Shown: positions 17,203 through 26,302 of the stretch, piece by piece
Numbering within the stretch: position 1 is the first letter of the stretch
Layout: every line of letters begins with the position of its first letter
Virus record (IMG/VR): IMGVR_UViG_3300011593_000002
Coordinates: 1 to 37,691 of that record
Strand: one strand, 5' to 3'
Source: a virus
Length of the DNA: 37,691 nt
Position numbers and translations under genes: made by a program
The notes under the pieces: model-generated
Database searches by the model: none
What the model saw: only the letters and a program-made list of their open reading frames with translations
Told to the model about the DNA's origin: nothing

Positions 17203-17538
17203 GTGAAAACATTAGAGCAATTTGAAAATACAGCAGCCATCAACATGGAGGTTCAAACAGTCGATCTGGAAAAGCCAGTCATGATGGGTAATTTAGAAAT
17301 TAACACATTAGAAATTCGTAAACCGAATGTACAAGCTTTGCAAGGCATCAAAATTTCAGATTTATTGCAGGGTGATGTCACAGCCGTTTGTACGGTATTA
17401 CCGCGTGTATGCACACCTGAGCTGACAAAATCACAAATCAGTCAGCTTGAGCCAGCCGACATTACACAAATTTGTGGAGTCATCATGCTTTTTTTGCAAC
17501 CGAAATCAGTACGTGCGGAAGTATTACGCCAAAAGTAG
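17203..17538 (+). CDS. E: Tail assembly chaperone, P2 gpE family
   Basis: 111 aa, GTG start with TGGAG SD. It holds the gpE position between the tube and tape-measure genes and contains the slippery T TTT TTG at 17490-17496. Confidence 0.8.
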   Translation: MKTLEQFENTAAINMEVQTVDLEKPVMMGNLEINTLEIRKPNVQALQGIKISDLLQGDVTAVCTVLPRVCTPELTKSQISQLEPADITQICGVIMLFLQPKSVRAEVLRQK

Positions 17539-17666
17539 ACGATGCGATCGCCAATATTGCGGTGGTGTTTCACTGGCCACCGCAGGCTTACATCGATATG
17601 TCACTTAGTCAACTGATGCAATGGCATCAACAAGCCATTGATCGAAATGGAAATGATGCCGAATGA
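17203..17666 (+). CDS. gpE+E' tail chaperone produced by programmed -1 frameshift
   Basis: The heptamer T TTT TTG (17490-17496) is in the X XXY YYZ register of the E frame. The -1 frame is open from there to 17666 (FFATEISTCGS...NGNDAE) and ends overlapping the tape-measure ATG (ATGA at 17663). Confidence 0.75.
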
Positions 17667-20599
17667 AACCCTTAAAACTTGAAGTCCTGTTTGGATCAAA
17701 AGACAGCTTGAGTCCCGTACTCAAGCTGATGATCGGCAACAGTAAAGCTGCTTCAAATGCGCTAAAACGAACCAGTGACGAAGTCAAAAAACTCAATGAT
17801 CAGCAAAAACAGATCGATGGTTATGTAAAGCAAAAGAAAGCCACCGAGGAAAGCGCCAAAGCACTTAAAGACATGCAGGATCGCATTAAAACCTTGCGCC
17901 AGCAGATGAATAGCAATCCAAGTGCAGAATTAACACGTGATTTTGAAAAGGCCAAAGCAGCAGCAAAACGGCTGAAAGATTCGCATCAGCAAAATACACA
18001 GCAGCTGCATCAACTTCGTACTGAGATGAATCAATCCGGGTTATCTACCAGTAACTTATCTCAGCATCAATCTGAATTACGTCGTCGTACAGATCAAGCA
18101 ACATCAGAGCTTGAACGACAGCGCCGAACACTCCGTAATTTAAACAATGTGCAGCAGCAACACCAACGCTACAGCCAAAATGCACGTACAGCAGGCATGA
18201 CGGGAATGATGATGGCTGGTGCAGGCGTAGGTACACTTTATGCAATGCGCAAACCGATCGATGAGTCAAAGCGCGTCGACATCGAAGAGAATCGGATTGC
18301 ATCATTGGGTTTTGGAAAACAAGCCACTGAAGAAGCAATTCAATATGCCAGAGCGATGAAAACTTTCGGTACCAGTACGCTTGATAATTTAACGTTAGTG
18401 CGTGACGGTGTAACTGCGTTCGGCGATGTGCATCATGCACAATGGGTCGCACCAACGTTGGCCAAGATGAAATTTGCAAATGAAGCCATGTATGGTGATC
18501 ACGGTGTCGAAAATGAAAAAAAATTCATGGACATGCTCAAAGTCATCGAAATGCGGAATGGCTTAAAAAGCAAGGAATCATTCACAGAGCAAGCCAATAT
18601 CATTCAGCAAGTCATCACGGCCACGGGTGGACGTGTACAAGCAGAGGAATGGTTAAACGTCATCAAAACAGGTGGTATTGCTGCAAAGGGTATGGATAAC
18701 AAAGCCTTTTATTACAAAATGGAACCACTGGTGCAGGAAATGGGCGGTTTTCGTGTCGGTACCTCCATGATGTCTGCTTATCAAAACTTGTACCAGGGTA
18801 GAACCACGCAGCGAGCAGCTGCAAATCTCGATAAATTTGGTCTAATTGGCGATTATTCAAAGGTCAAACACAATAAAACCGGTGATTTGTCTTATCTCGA
18901 TATCGGTGCAATTAAAAACGCTGCATTGTTCAAAAAAGATCAGTTTGCATGGATGGAGCAAGTACTGGTACCGGCTCTAAATGCCAAAGGCATTACCAAA
19001 GAAAGTGACGTCATCGATGCGATCGGCAGTATTTTCAGTAACCGTACTGCATCAAACCTTTTTGCTCAAATGTATATGCAGCGTGATCAGATTCATAAAA
19101 ATGCCAAGCTAAATGAAGGTGCCTTTAACATTGATCAGTTAGAGAAACAGGCACAAGGCACCACGGCTGGTAAAGAGCTGGATGCAAAAGCAAAACTCCA
19201 CGATGCTTATTTACAGTTTGGCCAGACCATTTTACCGATCTACACACAAGCATTAATCATGGCATCCAATGCCATGCAAGGCTTCACAGGCTGGATGCAG
19301 CAAAACCCAACACTGGCCAAAGCACTCGGTACTGGCCTATTGGTTATTGCTGCAGGGCTAGTGGCCATTGGTGGATTGCTCTTGGTATTTTCCCCGCTTA
19401 TTTTAAGTATGTTGAGCCTAAGGCTCATGATGGTCACATTGGGCGTTCAAGGCAGCGCATTAAGCTTCGTATTTAAGATGCTGACATCGCCATTTAAAGC
19501 CCTCGGCTCAGCTATCATGTGGATTGGTCGAATGTTCCTATTAGTCGGTCGTATGATGATGGCTAATCCGATTCTCTTAGCGATAACGTTACTTGCGACA
19601 GCAGCATATCTTATTTATAAGAATTGGGATCCAATAAAGACTTTCTTTAGTGATTTATGGAATAAGGTCGTATCTGCATTTCAAACTGGAATTAATTGGA
19701 TTAAAGGAATTATTCAGTCTGTTGATACTGTTTTTGCCAATAATCCTATCTTAAATTTCCTTTTGCCATTTATTGGCATTCCTAGAATGATCATAGCTAA
19801 CTGGTCAAGTATTACAGCTTTCTTCAGTGAAGTTTGGACATCGATTACTTCAGGAGCAAGTGAACTTTGGAATTCTATATCGCTATTATTCAGTCCTATT
19901 GGACAATGGTTTGCAGAAAAATGGGATGAAATTAAACGATCAGCCGCCACGGCTTGGAATAGCGTTATAGGTTATGTTTACAATGCTTGGGAAACACTAA
20001 AAAATGTAATTTCTAATAATCCATTGCTTCAGAGAATAATGGACGGGTGGAACACCATATTTACATATTTGGGGACACTTAAAGACAAAATGTTGTCTAT
20101 TGGAAGCAATATTATCAATGGATTGATAGATGGTATTAAATCTGGATTCACGCAACTTAAATCTGTATGGGGAATGGTTAATAATTACATGCCAGATTTT
20201 ATGCGAAAGAGAATGGATATTCATTCTCCAAGCCGAGTCATGGCTGGTCTCGGCGGTCACATCATCGGTGGTATTGGCATGGGTCTTACTCAGGCATTTC
20301 CTGAGCTCAAGAACAAATACAATCAGGTCCTCAATCTATTTACCAATAAATCTCAGTCACCGGTCTTAGATCAGATTGATATTGCTGCGCCGGTAATGTC
20401 TAAGATTCAGGCAGCGCCAAATCTTACCCCAAGCCGTCAGTCTTCATTGGCAGTGGCAGGGGATACCTACACCATTCACATTCACGCTGCACCAGGACAA
20501 ATCGTTCAAGATCTTGAACGTCAAATTGAACAAGTCGTCATGCGAATCCAGCGTGACAAACTGGCGCGAGTTCGTACCATCATGTCCGACCAGGAGTAA
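17663..20599 (+). CDS. T: Tail tape measure protein, P2 gpT family
   Basis: 978 aa. Coiled-coil N-terminus, central hydrophobic segments, and canonical position after E/E'. Confidence 0.9.
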   Translation: MKPLKLEVLFGSKDSLSPVLKLMIGNSKAASNALKRTSDEVKKLNDQQKQIDGYVKQKKATEESAKALKDMQDRIKTLRQQMNSNPSAELTRDFEKAKAAAKRLKDSHQQNTQQLHQLRTEMNQSGLSTSNLSQHQSELRRRTDQATSELERQRRTLRNLNNVQQQHQRYSQNARTAGMTGMMMAGAGVGTLYAMRKPIDESKRVDIEENRIASLGFGKQATEEAIQYARAMKTFGTSTLDNLTLVRDGVTAFGDVHHAQWVAPTLAKMKFANEAMYGDHGVENEKKFMDMLKVIEMRNGLKSKESFTEQANIIQQVITATGGRVQAEEWLNVIKTGGIAAKGMDNKAFYYKMEPLVQEMGGFRVGTSMMSAYQNLYQGRTTQRAAANLDKFGLIGDYSKVKHNKTGDLSYLDIGAIKNAALFKKDQFAWMEQVLVPALNAKGITKESDVIDAIGSIFSNRTASNLFAQMYMQRDQIHKNAKLNEGAFNIDQLEKQAQGTTAGKELDAKAKLHDAYLQFGQTILPIYTQALIMASNAMQGFTGWMQQNPTLAKALGTGLLVIAAGLVAIGGLLLVFSPLILSMLSLRLMMVTLGVQGSALSFVFKMLTSPFKALGSAIMWIGRMFLLVGRMMMANPILLAITLLATAAYLIYKNWDPIKTFFSDLWNKVVSAFQTGINWIKGIIQSVDTVFANNPILNFLLPFIGIPRMIIANWSSITAFFSEVWTSITSGASELWNSISLLFSPIGQWFAEKWDEIKRSAATAWNSVIGYVYNAWETLKNVISNNPLLQRIMDGWNTIFTYLGTLKDKMLSIGSNIINGLIDGIKSGFTQLKSVWGMVNNYMPDFMRKRMDIHSPSRVMAGLGGHIIGGIGMGLTQAFPELKNKYNQVLNLFTNKSQSPVLDQIDIAAPVMSKIQAAPNLTPSRQSSLAVAGDTYTIHIHAAPGQIVQDLERQIEQVVMRIQRDKLARVRTIMSDQE

Positions 20600-20604
20600 C
20601 TATT

Positions 20605-21027
20605 ATGATGATGATCTTGGGCATGTTCCCGTTTAGCATTCCGACTGCCGTATATCAGCAGCTACAGCGCAGCACAAACTGGCGGCATCCAAGCAATTCC
20701 CGAGTGGGTGATATGCCAGCCTATCAATTCATTGGCCGTGGCGAAGACACTATTTCACTTGAGGGTAGTATTGTGCCTGAGTTTGGCTCTCAAATGAGCA
20801 TCACCGCTTTACGAGTCATGGGCGATACTGGTAAAGCATGGCCACTCATCAGCGGTAATGGTAAGGTTTTTGGGCTATATCACATCGATGATCTTCAAGA
20901 AACTCAAACGATTTTTTTTTCAGATGGCACACCCAAAAAAATTGAATTCAGTTTGAAAATGACGCAGGCACAGAAACCAGGAACATTAATCGGCAATACT
21001 GCTGGCAAATTAATAGGTTTACTATGA
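20605..21027 (+). CDS. U: Tail protein U
   Basis: 140 aa. FPFSI.T..YQ.LQR...WRH...RVG..PA.QF.G.GEDTI.L.G is the gpU motif. The start is one of three consecutive ATGs (20605-20613). Confidence 0.85.
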   Translation: MMMILGMFPFSIPTAVYQQLQRSTNWRHPSNSRVGDMPAYQFIGRGEDTISLEGSIVPEFGSQMSITALRVMGDTGKAWPLISGNGKVFGLYHIDDLQETQTIFFSDGTPKKIEFSLKMTQAQKPGTLIGNTAGKLIGLL

Positions 21028-22520
21028 CTGTACTTTCCACACTCAATGATCTGGCTATTGATGTCTTAAAGGCAAATCCGCTTCCCATTTTTAAGCTAAT
21101 CGTCGATGGCTTGGATATTTCATCCAAGATCAACAATCGACTCATACAGATGCGTATCGAAAATAAACGTGGCTTTGAAGTCGATACGCTAGATCTCTCA
21201 CTTTCAGATCACGATGGTTTGCTGACAATCCCAAACAAAGGGGCAATTCTTCAAGCATGGATAGGCTGGCAGCATTCTGGCTTGGTCTACAAGGGCAGTT
21301 ACATCGTCAAAGAGGTTGAGCATGCCGGTGCGCCCGATGTTCTTCGTATTCGAGCAACCAGCGCAGATATGAAAAAGTCACTCAAACAGAAAAAAGAGCG
21401 TAGCTTCGATAACATTGCTCTTGGTGATTTAATACGACTGATTGCCCTTGAGCATGATCTTAACGATAGTGTTGCAGCAGATCTGGCCAGCCATAAAATT
21501 ATTCATATCGATCAAAATGAGTCAGATGCGAATTTGATTACTCGTTTAGCCGATGAACACGACGCGATTGCGACCATCAAAAATGGTACCTTACTTTTTA
21601 TGCCCAAAGGCCAGAGTCAGACCATATCTGGCCAAGATCTACCGACTTACAAGTTGACCAGGGCAATGGGTGATGATCATCGCTATAGCTACAGCGATGG
21701 CGGTGAAGAAGTCACTGCAATTCGCGCGTTTTATTACGATGATAAAATGGCTAAAAAGCTCGAGGTCATTGTCGGGGATCAATCGAACCAAAACATCAAA
21801 GAGCTACGTCATATTCATCGAGACAAACAAACCGCGACACTAGCTGCTTCAGCTAAATTGAACCACTTCAAACGTACCAGTGAAACACTCAGTTATAAGC
21901 TGGCCAGAGGTGTGCCAGACATCATACCAGAGCAGACTTTTCTATTTGTTGGGGTTAAGGAGCAGATCGATGAAATCTACTGGCTCGCGACCACCATTAC
22001 GGACACATTGGATGCTTCAAGCGGTTACACCACAGATCTGCAGCTCGAAGTGTTTTTCCCGGATGCAGATGATGTATCCGAACTATTTGAAGATCAGTTT
22101 GTCTTAGAAAAAGATAAAAAATGGACGGGCGTGGTGGTGTATTACCAAGACGGTGAAAAGGCAATAAAACTGACCAAGGGTGATCAATCCAATCCAAAAC
22201 ATTTTACCTATCTGTACGTGACCAAAGCAGGCGCACAGCAACGTTTAGATCGTGAATATGCTTTACTGGATCTCGAAACAGGCAAATTTTCAGCACATAA
22301 TGAGCTTGATATTAAGCCTTACACTGGCTTGAAAATCCAATACACGATTGGAAAATCTATATCCCCACGCTATTGGGCAACACTGGGTGATCAATCTAAT
22401 CCCAAGGTGATTGATAAAGTATTGAAAAGTAAAAAAGCGGCAGAAAAACGCTTAAAACGGGAATTGCCAAGACTCAATGCGAAGAAGAACATGCTGGAGC
22501 AAGTGAAGGAAGCAAAATAA
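21024..22520 (+). CDS. D: Tail/late control protein D with a C-terminal extension
   Basis: 498 aa. The N-terminal ~360 aa are gpD-like (position after U). The C-terminal ~140 aa carry two extra copies of a YY.D.....L..GDQSNPK...RL.RE module. Confidence 0.85.
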   Translation: MTVLSTLNDLAIDVLKANPLPIFKLIVDGLDISSKINNRLIQMRIENKRGFEVDTLDLSLSDHDGLLTIPNKGAILQAWIGWQHSGLVYKGSYIVKEVEHAGAPDVLRIRATSADMKKSLKQKKERSFDNIALGDLIRLIALEHDLNDSVAADLASHKIIHIDQNESDANLITRLADEHDAIATIKNGTLLFMPKGQSQTISGQDLPTYKLTRAMGDDHRYSYSDGGEEVTAIRAFYYDDKMAKKLEVIVGDQSNQNIKELRHIHRDKQTATLAASAKLNHFKRTSETLSYKLARGVPDIIPEQTFLFVGVKEQIDEIYWLATTITDTLDASSGYTTDLQLEVFFPDADDVSELFEDQFVLEKDKKWTGVVVYYQDGEKAIKLTKGDQSNPKHFTYLYVTKAGAQQRLDREYALLDLETGKFSAHNELDIKPYTGLKIQYTIGKSISPRYWATLGDQSNPKVIDKVLKSKKAAEKRLKRELPRLNAKKNMLEQVKEAK

Positions 22521-22524
22521 AACA

Positions 22525-22556
22525 ACAAGGTCAGATTCAGAATCTGGCCTTGTTTT
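22525..22556. terminator. Bidirectional terminator between convergent D and methyltransferase genes
   Basis: 13-bp stem ACAAGGTCAGATT / AATCTGGCCTTGT (one G-U pair), loop CAG. T-runs follow on both strands. Confidence 0.75.
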
Positions 22557-22565
22557 ATGAACGAA

Positions 22566-23369
22566 TCAAAAATTATAAATAATCAACTCATTACCATTAT
22601 GCTCTTCATGAGCAGCTTTTGAGTTCACGGACCAGCGGATCTTACGATGTGTCATTTGATAATCTTTAAATAGCTCGCGCACTTCTGGCACATCATTCAA
22701 GCTCAAAATAAACTTGCCCTTAATCTGATCCAGTTTGTCCTTCAGCGTATAAAAATCATCTTTACTCCAGATGCCTTTGCCGTAGACGTTTTCACAATCC
22801 CAATAGGGCGGATCCAGATAAAACAACGTGTCTGGGCTATCCAGTCGAGTAATCACATAATCATAAGATCGATTTTCGATAACCACATTCTGCAAACGTT
22901 CATGTATCGACACCAGATGTTCACGTAAGCGTTCACCTAAGCGCATGCGGTTTGCTCGATCTTTTGAATAAGTAAATGAACCATCAAGTTGGCAACCAAA
23001 CGCAGAGCGTAGCAAATAATAAAACTTCACCGCCCGTTGAATATCAGTCAAACCAGATTGATCGCGCTTAAAATCATCAAACTGAGTTCGAGAAAATAGC
23101 AGCAACTCATATTCAGCTAGAAATGCATCAAAATGAAATTTCAACACTCGATATAAATTGATCAAGTCGTCATTAATATCGTTAATCACTTCAACAGTAG
23201 AAGCTGTCTTTTTAAAAAGTACCCAGCCAGCACCACCAAACACTTCAACATAAGTTTTATGTGCGGGCAGCATATCAATAATCGTTCTGGCCAGTTGAGA
23301 TTTACCGCCAAGCCAGCCACTGAAGCTGTGGCCACTAGGATTGTATTGCGGTGAGAGGTTTTGTGTCAT
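22566..23369 (-). CDS. N6-adenine DNA methyltransferase (Dam / D12 class)
   Basis: 267 aa from the ATG at 23369 (the ORF is open to GTG 23417). GGKSQLA...VEVFGGAGWVLF (AdoMet-binding motif) and FYLDPPYW (DPPY catalytic motif). Confidence 0.85.
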   Translation of the reverse strand: MTQNLSPQYNPSGHSFSGWLGGKSQLARTIIDMLPAHKTYVEVFGGAGWVLFKKTASTVEVINDINDDLINLYRVLKFHFDAFLAEYELLLFSRTQFDDFKRDQSGLTDIQRAVKFYYLLRSAFGCQLDGSFTYSKDRANRMRLGERLREHLVSIHERLQNVVIENRSYDYVITRLDSPDTLFYLDPPYWDCENVYGKGIWSKDDFYTLKDKLDQIKGKFILSLNDVPEVRELFKDYQMTHRKIRWSVNSKAAHEEHNGNELIIYNF

Positions 23370-23535
23370 GGATCTTACCTGATGAGGTCGGATGCTCTGG
23401 GCATTCAGGTAAGGCACTCAAGGTGCTCTGGAATTGATTTAAGGTTTTACAGCGAGGACATTTAATTTCAAGATTTCTAAAATTATCAATTCTCGCAAGA
23501 AGTTTAAAACAACAAATGCATTTCATATTTTGCAT
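23335..23535 (-). CDS. com: Com-like zinc-finger protein (phage Mu Com family translational activator)
   Basis: 66 aa. MKCICCFKLLARIDNFRNLEIKCPRCK closely parallels remembered Mu Com (CKNCNKLLFKADSFDHIEIRCPRCK). Its 3' end overlaps the methyltransferase start by about 35 nt. Confidence 0.75.
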   Translation of the reverse strand: MQNMKCICCFKLLARIDNFRNLEIKCPRCKTLNQFQSTLSALPECPEHPTSSGKIHDTKPLTAIQS

Positions 23536-23618
23536 GATATTTTTTCAAAGCAGAAAAAACAGATTTAATAGTAATAAATCTCTACATAAAGTACAAATAT
23601 ATAACCGATTTATCTATA

Positions 23619-23897
23619 ATGGACATAAATATAACCAGAAAAGCGACTATGGCATCTAAAAACTGTTTTTTATGTCCCCACTGTGCATCTAAGTTTTATT
23701 TGAGGACCAGCAAACTTGAGAGTCCCTTATTCCGAGTAGTTTACTTTCAATGTTCAAACATCAAGTGTGGATTTTCTGCCAGAGCAGAATTCGCAATCAC
23801 ACATCAAGTCGCACCTAGTGCAAACCCTAACCCACTTGTAAATTTAAAAACCTATGGTCATGAAGCTGATCAACGAAACGGAGCACTTAAAACGTGA
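23619..23897 (+). CDS. ogr: Ogr/Delta-family zinc-finger late transcription activator
   Basis: CPHC-X22-CSNIKC is exactly the C-X2-C-X22-C-X4-C spacing of P2 Ogr. The true start may be ATG 23649 (MASKNCFLCPHC). Confidence 0.8.
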   Translation: MDINITRKATMASKNCFLCPHCASKFYLRTSKLESPLFRVVYFQCSNIKCGFSARAEFAITHQVAPSANPNPLVNLKTYGHEADQRNGALKT

Positions 23898-24172
23898 GTA
23901 ATTTTGATTCAAAAATTTCAACCATTGCGATCGGTATTATCCAAGCCATGCAAACGGCTCAAGCAATTTATATTGTCGTGGCTAAAGCAATGGACTCAGT
24001 TGAAAGCACAAATGCAGATAAGTCTGGAGGCGATAAAAAGGCATGGGTGATGGCTTATGCAAAAAATATTGTGTTGGCATTAGGAGACAAATGGGACGAG
24101 CTTGAATCAAAAGTTTCATTGTTCATCGATCAACTTAAATCAGCATATAACGCGGCAAAAGTCCTTTTTTAA
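23894..24172 (+). CDS. Hypothetical protein
   Basis: 92 aa. Overlapping start with the ogr-like stop. Followed by a hairpin + T9 terminator (about 24160-24186). Confidence 0.55.
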   Translation: MSNFDSKISTIAIGIIQAMQTAQAIYIVVAKAMDSVESTNADKSGGDKKAWVMAYAKNIVLALGDKWDELESKVSLFIDQLKSAYNAAKVLF

Positions 24173-24194
24173 GGGCTTTTTTTTTGGAGGGCTT

Positions 24195-24617
24195 ATGAAT
24201 AAACATTCATTTTTAAAACCTATCTGGTCTGTATTGTTTGGAGATTTTATTCTTATTAAATCAAGAGCAGTTGGTAAAACTATTCCAATGCCCTTAGTAG
24301 CCAGAATAATTGAGTTAGAATGGGATTTCTCAAAAAATTTCTGTTTTAATCCATCTCAAATATCAAAAGTTAAAGATAGAAAATTACGCAAAGCGTGCTA
24401 TCAAGCTTTTGCGCTATATAAAAAATCTTTTAAACCTATACCGAAGCCTAAATTAAAGATCTGGAGAGATGAGTGGCCAAGATTAATCAAAAGGGCAACT
24501 CAGGTTTGGTCGGATCATGCAGTGGATGCTTTTTCATTTTTTTCGCATTGTGTTGATCAGAAAGCCAAGTTTGCTGCTCAATATGAATGTAGATGGGATT
24601 TGGGTAAAGAGCTATGA
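24195..24617 (+). CDS. Hypothetical protein
   Basis: 140 aa from the ATG at 24195, preceded by GGAGGG SD. The ORF-track start at 24102 overlaps the upstream terminator. Confidence 0.5.
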   Translation: MNKHSFLKPIWSVLFGDFILIKSRAVGKTIPMPLVARIIELEWDFSKNFCFNPSQISKVKDRKLRKACYQAFALYKKSFKPIPKPKLKIWRDEWPRLIKRATQVWSDHAVDAFSFFSHCVDQKAKFAAQYECRWDLGKEL

Positions 24618-24838
24618 ATCCAGAAGAACTATTCGAATTGTTTTTTCAAGACATCACGCCAGATATGAATCCACCAGGTATGAAATATCATTGTGAAGCG
24701 ATGCGCAGCTGGTGGCGCGAACGCTTTATGAATGCTTATTACGGTGTAGAAGAACCGTGGAGATTACGCAGTTGGGCAGAAGCACCACAGATGTGGTTGA
24801 AAGGGTATAGACAGTGCCAGAAAAATGAGACGCAATAG
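24614..24838 (+). CDS. Hypothetical protein (Trp-rich)
   Basis: 74 aa. ATGA overlap with the preceding gene. Confidence 0.5.
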   Translation: MNPEELFELFFQDITPDMNPPGMKYHCEAMRSWWRERFMNAYYGVEEPWRLRSWAEAPQMWLKGYRQCQKNETQ

Positions 24839-24848
24839 TCTCATTTTT
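24821..24848. terminator. Perfectly symmetric bidirectional terminator at the convergent gene ends
   Basis: AAAAATGAGAC-gcaata-GTCTCATTTTT. It overlaps the stop codons of both 24614-24838 (+) and 24841-25749 (-). Confidence 0.7.
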
Positions 24849-25749
24849 CATAATAAATATAAGTTAATTCTTTGGCGTAGAAATTAATAAATTTACCATT
24901 TTTACTTAATTGAGGAGGCAATTGGCTAAAAATATAAACAGTAATAGGTTGCGGTTTATTATTCTTAGTTCTTCTTGCAGCAAGTTGCTTTAAAGTTTTT
25001 TCTGAAAAACGACCATTTTCAGCTTCATTAGCAATTTTATTTGTATATAACATCAAGCTTGGATTTTGATTTAATTCATCAAGCTGGACTTTTTTACTGA
25101 AAGTAAATTGAATCCCGTTGGGTTTAGGATTAATCCAAGCTGTTCCATAATATATTTTTGGTTCTTCCTCAAGATCTTCGATATTTGTAACTTCATCCAT
25201 ATTCACAAATAAATCACGAATATGAATTTCTTCATCATTATAAATTACTGAAATATCAGCATCATCATTAAAAAGTTTAACCCAACTCGACAATGCTTTT
25301 TTAGATGGTCTTACACCAAATTGGCTTTGTCCATTTGTAGTGCCTGAACTATTGGTGGTAGGGTCAGTTAAGGCAGATGCACCTTGTGTAGCTGTTTCAG
25401 TTTTTTTTGTTGAAGGCTTATCTAAATTTAAAAATGCAAATTTATCCGAAATATACCTTCTTGGTTTTGACTCTTGACGTTCCTGTAGTTCTCGTTCGAT
25501 TTTTTCTATTTTGTCTTTTTCTTTACAAGCTGGAGTATGATCACCGACATAAATGTAATAAGGTTCTTTTTTTCGTTTTGAAACTTCTTTTAATAAATTC
25601 GCACAAGTTATCTGTGCGTCACAATTCTCATCTATACATTCAAATAAATATTTAGATTTAATATTTCCCAATTCACGCTGATGATCTGCTTCCGCTGTAG
25701 TAATTATTTGGCCAGTTTCTAAAGACTTTGCTAATGTAATCGTTACCAT
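24841..25749 (-). CDS. Hypothetical protein: N-terminal Cys/His zinc-ribbon-like region, S/T-rich linker, unknown C-terminal domain
   Basis: 302 aa. FECIDENCDAQITCAN...VGDHTPAC resembles the N-terminal layout of CoiA-like Zn-ribbon proteins. Low-complexity linker (TETATQGASALTDPTTNSSGTTNGQ). Last gene of the cargo operon. Confidence 0.6.
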   Translation of the reverse strand: MVTITLAKSLETGQIITTAEADHQRELGNIKSKYLFECIDENCDAQITCANLLKEVSKRKKEPYYIYVGDHTPACKEKDKIEKIERELQERQESKPRRYISDKFAFLNLDKPSTKKTETATQGASALTDPTTNSSGTTNGQSQFGVRPSKKALSSWVKLFNDDADISVIYNDEEIHIRDLFVNMDEVTNIEDLEEEPKIYYGTAWINPKPNGIQFTFSKKVQLDELNQNPSLMLYTNKIANEAENGRFSEKTLKQLAARRTKNNKPQPITVYIFSQLPPQLSKNGKFINFYAKELTYIYYEK

Positions 25750-25794
25750 TTTACCAAATACTCAATGTAGGTTTGTTCCCAAAATTTCATAAGT

Positions 25795-26262
25795 TTATTT
25801 CACTGCCTTATAAAATTTTTGTTCATATTTTTTAGCATCTGTTGGTGTCATTTCACGATCAAGACGAAGTAAAAACAGGCCCTTTTTGTACATATATTGA
25901 TTAGTCATGGGCATCGCCAAATGTACGCTCTTAATATAATTATAACGTCTTTCCAAATCTGCCTGATTCCTAAATTTCTCAATTGTACCGCCAATGAAAT
26001 CGTCAGGATTATCACTTTCGTAATATCCATCACTTTCAAACTTTGGATCAATTAGTGGATCTGGCCACGAAACTTTTTCAATGTACTGATTAGGACGACC
26101 AAGCTGTTTATTTAAATCATTTTTTTCATTGAATGGATACAGAAAATCTAAACCTTTAATATCAAGTTTCAATGCGACTTCAAATGCACTTTGAGCAAAA
26201 CTTAAATTTGAAAAAATTGAGATGGATATCAATAAAAAAATACGAATCAAACTTTTACCCAT
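25795..26262 (-). CDS. Secreted (Sec signal peptide) hypothetical protein
   Basis: 155 aa. MGKSLIRIFLLISISIFSNLSFA|QS is a classical signal peptide with an AxA-like cleavage site and no lipobox Cys. Confidence 0.6.
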   Translation of the reverse strand: MGKSLIRIFLLISISIFSNLSFAQSAFEVALKLDIKGLDFLYPFNEKNDLNKQLGRPNQYIEKVSWPDPLIDPKFESDGYYESDNPDDFIGGTIEKFRNQADLERRYNYIKSVHLAMPMTNQYMYKKGLFLLRLDREMTPTDAKKYEQKFYKAVK

Positions 26263-26302
26263 GAAATTTAAGTCCTAAATAAATTTTCTTCAAAGTTTTA
26301 AA

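Noticed and set aside
20912-20920. T9 homopolymer inside gpU as a second phase-variation tract.
   Set aside because: A/T runs of this length are common in this AT-rich sequence (several T7-T9 runs occur in terminators and genes). Unlike the G9 tract, it is not compositionally exceptional.
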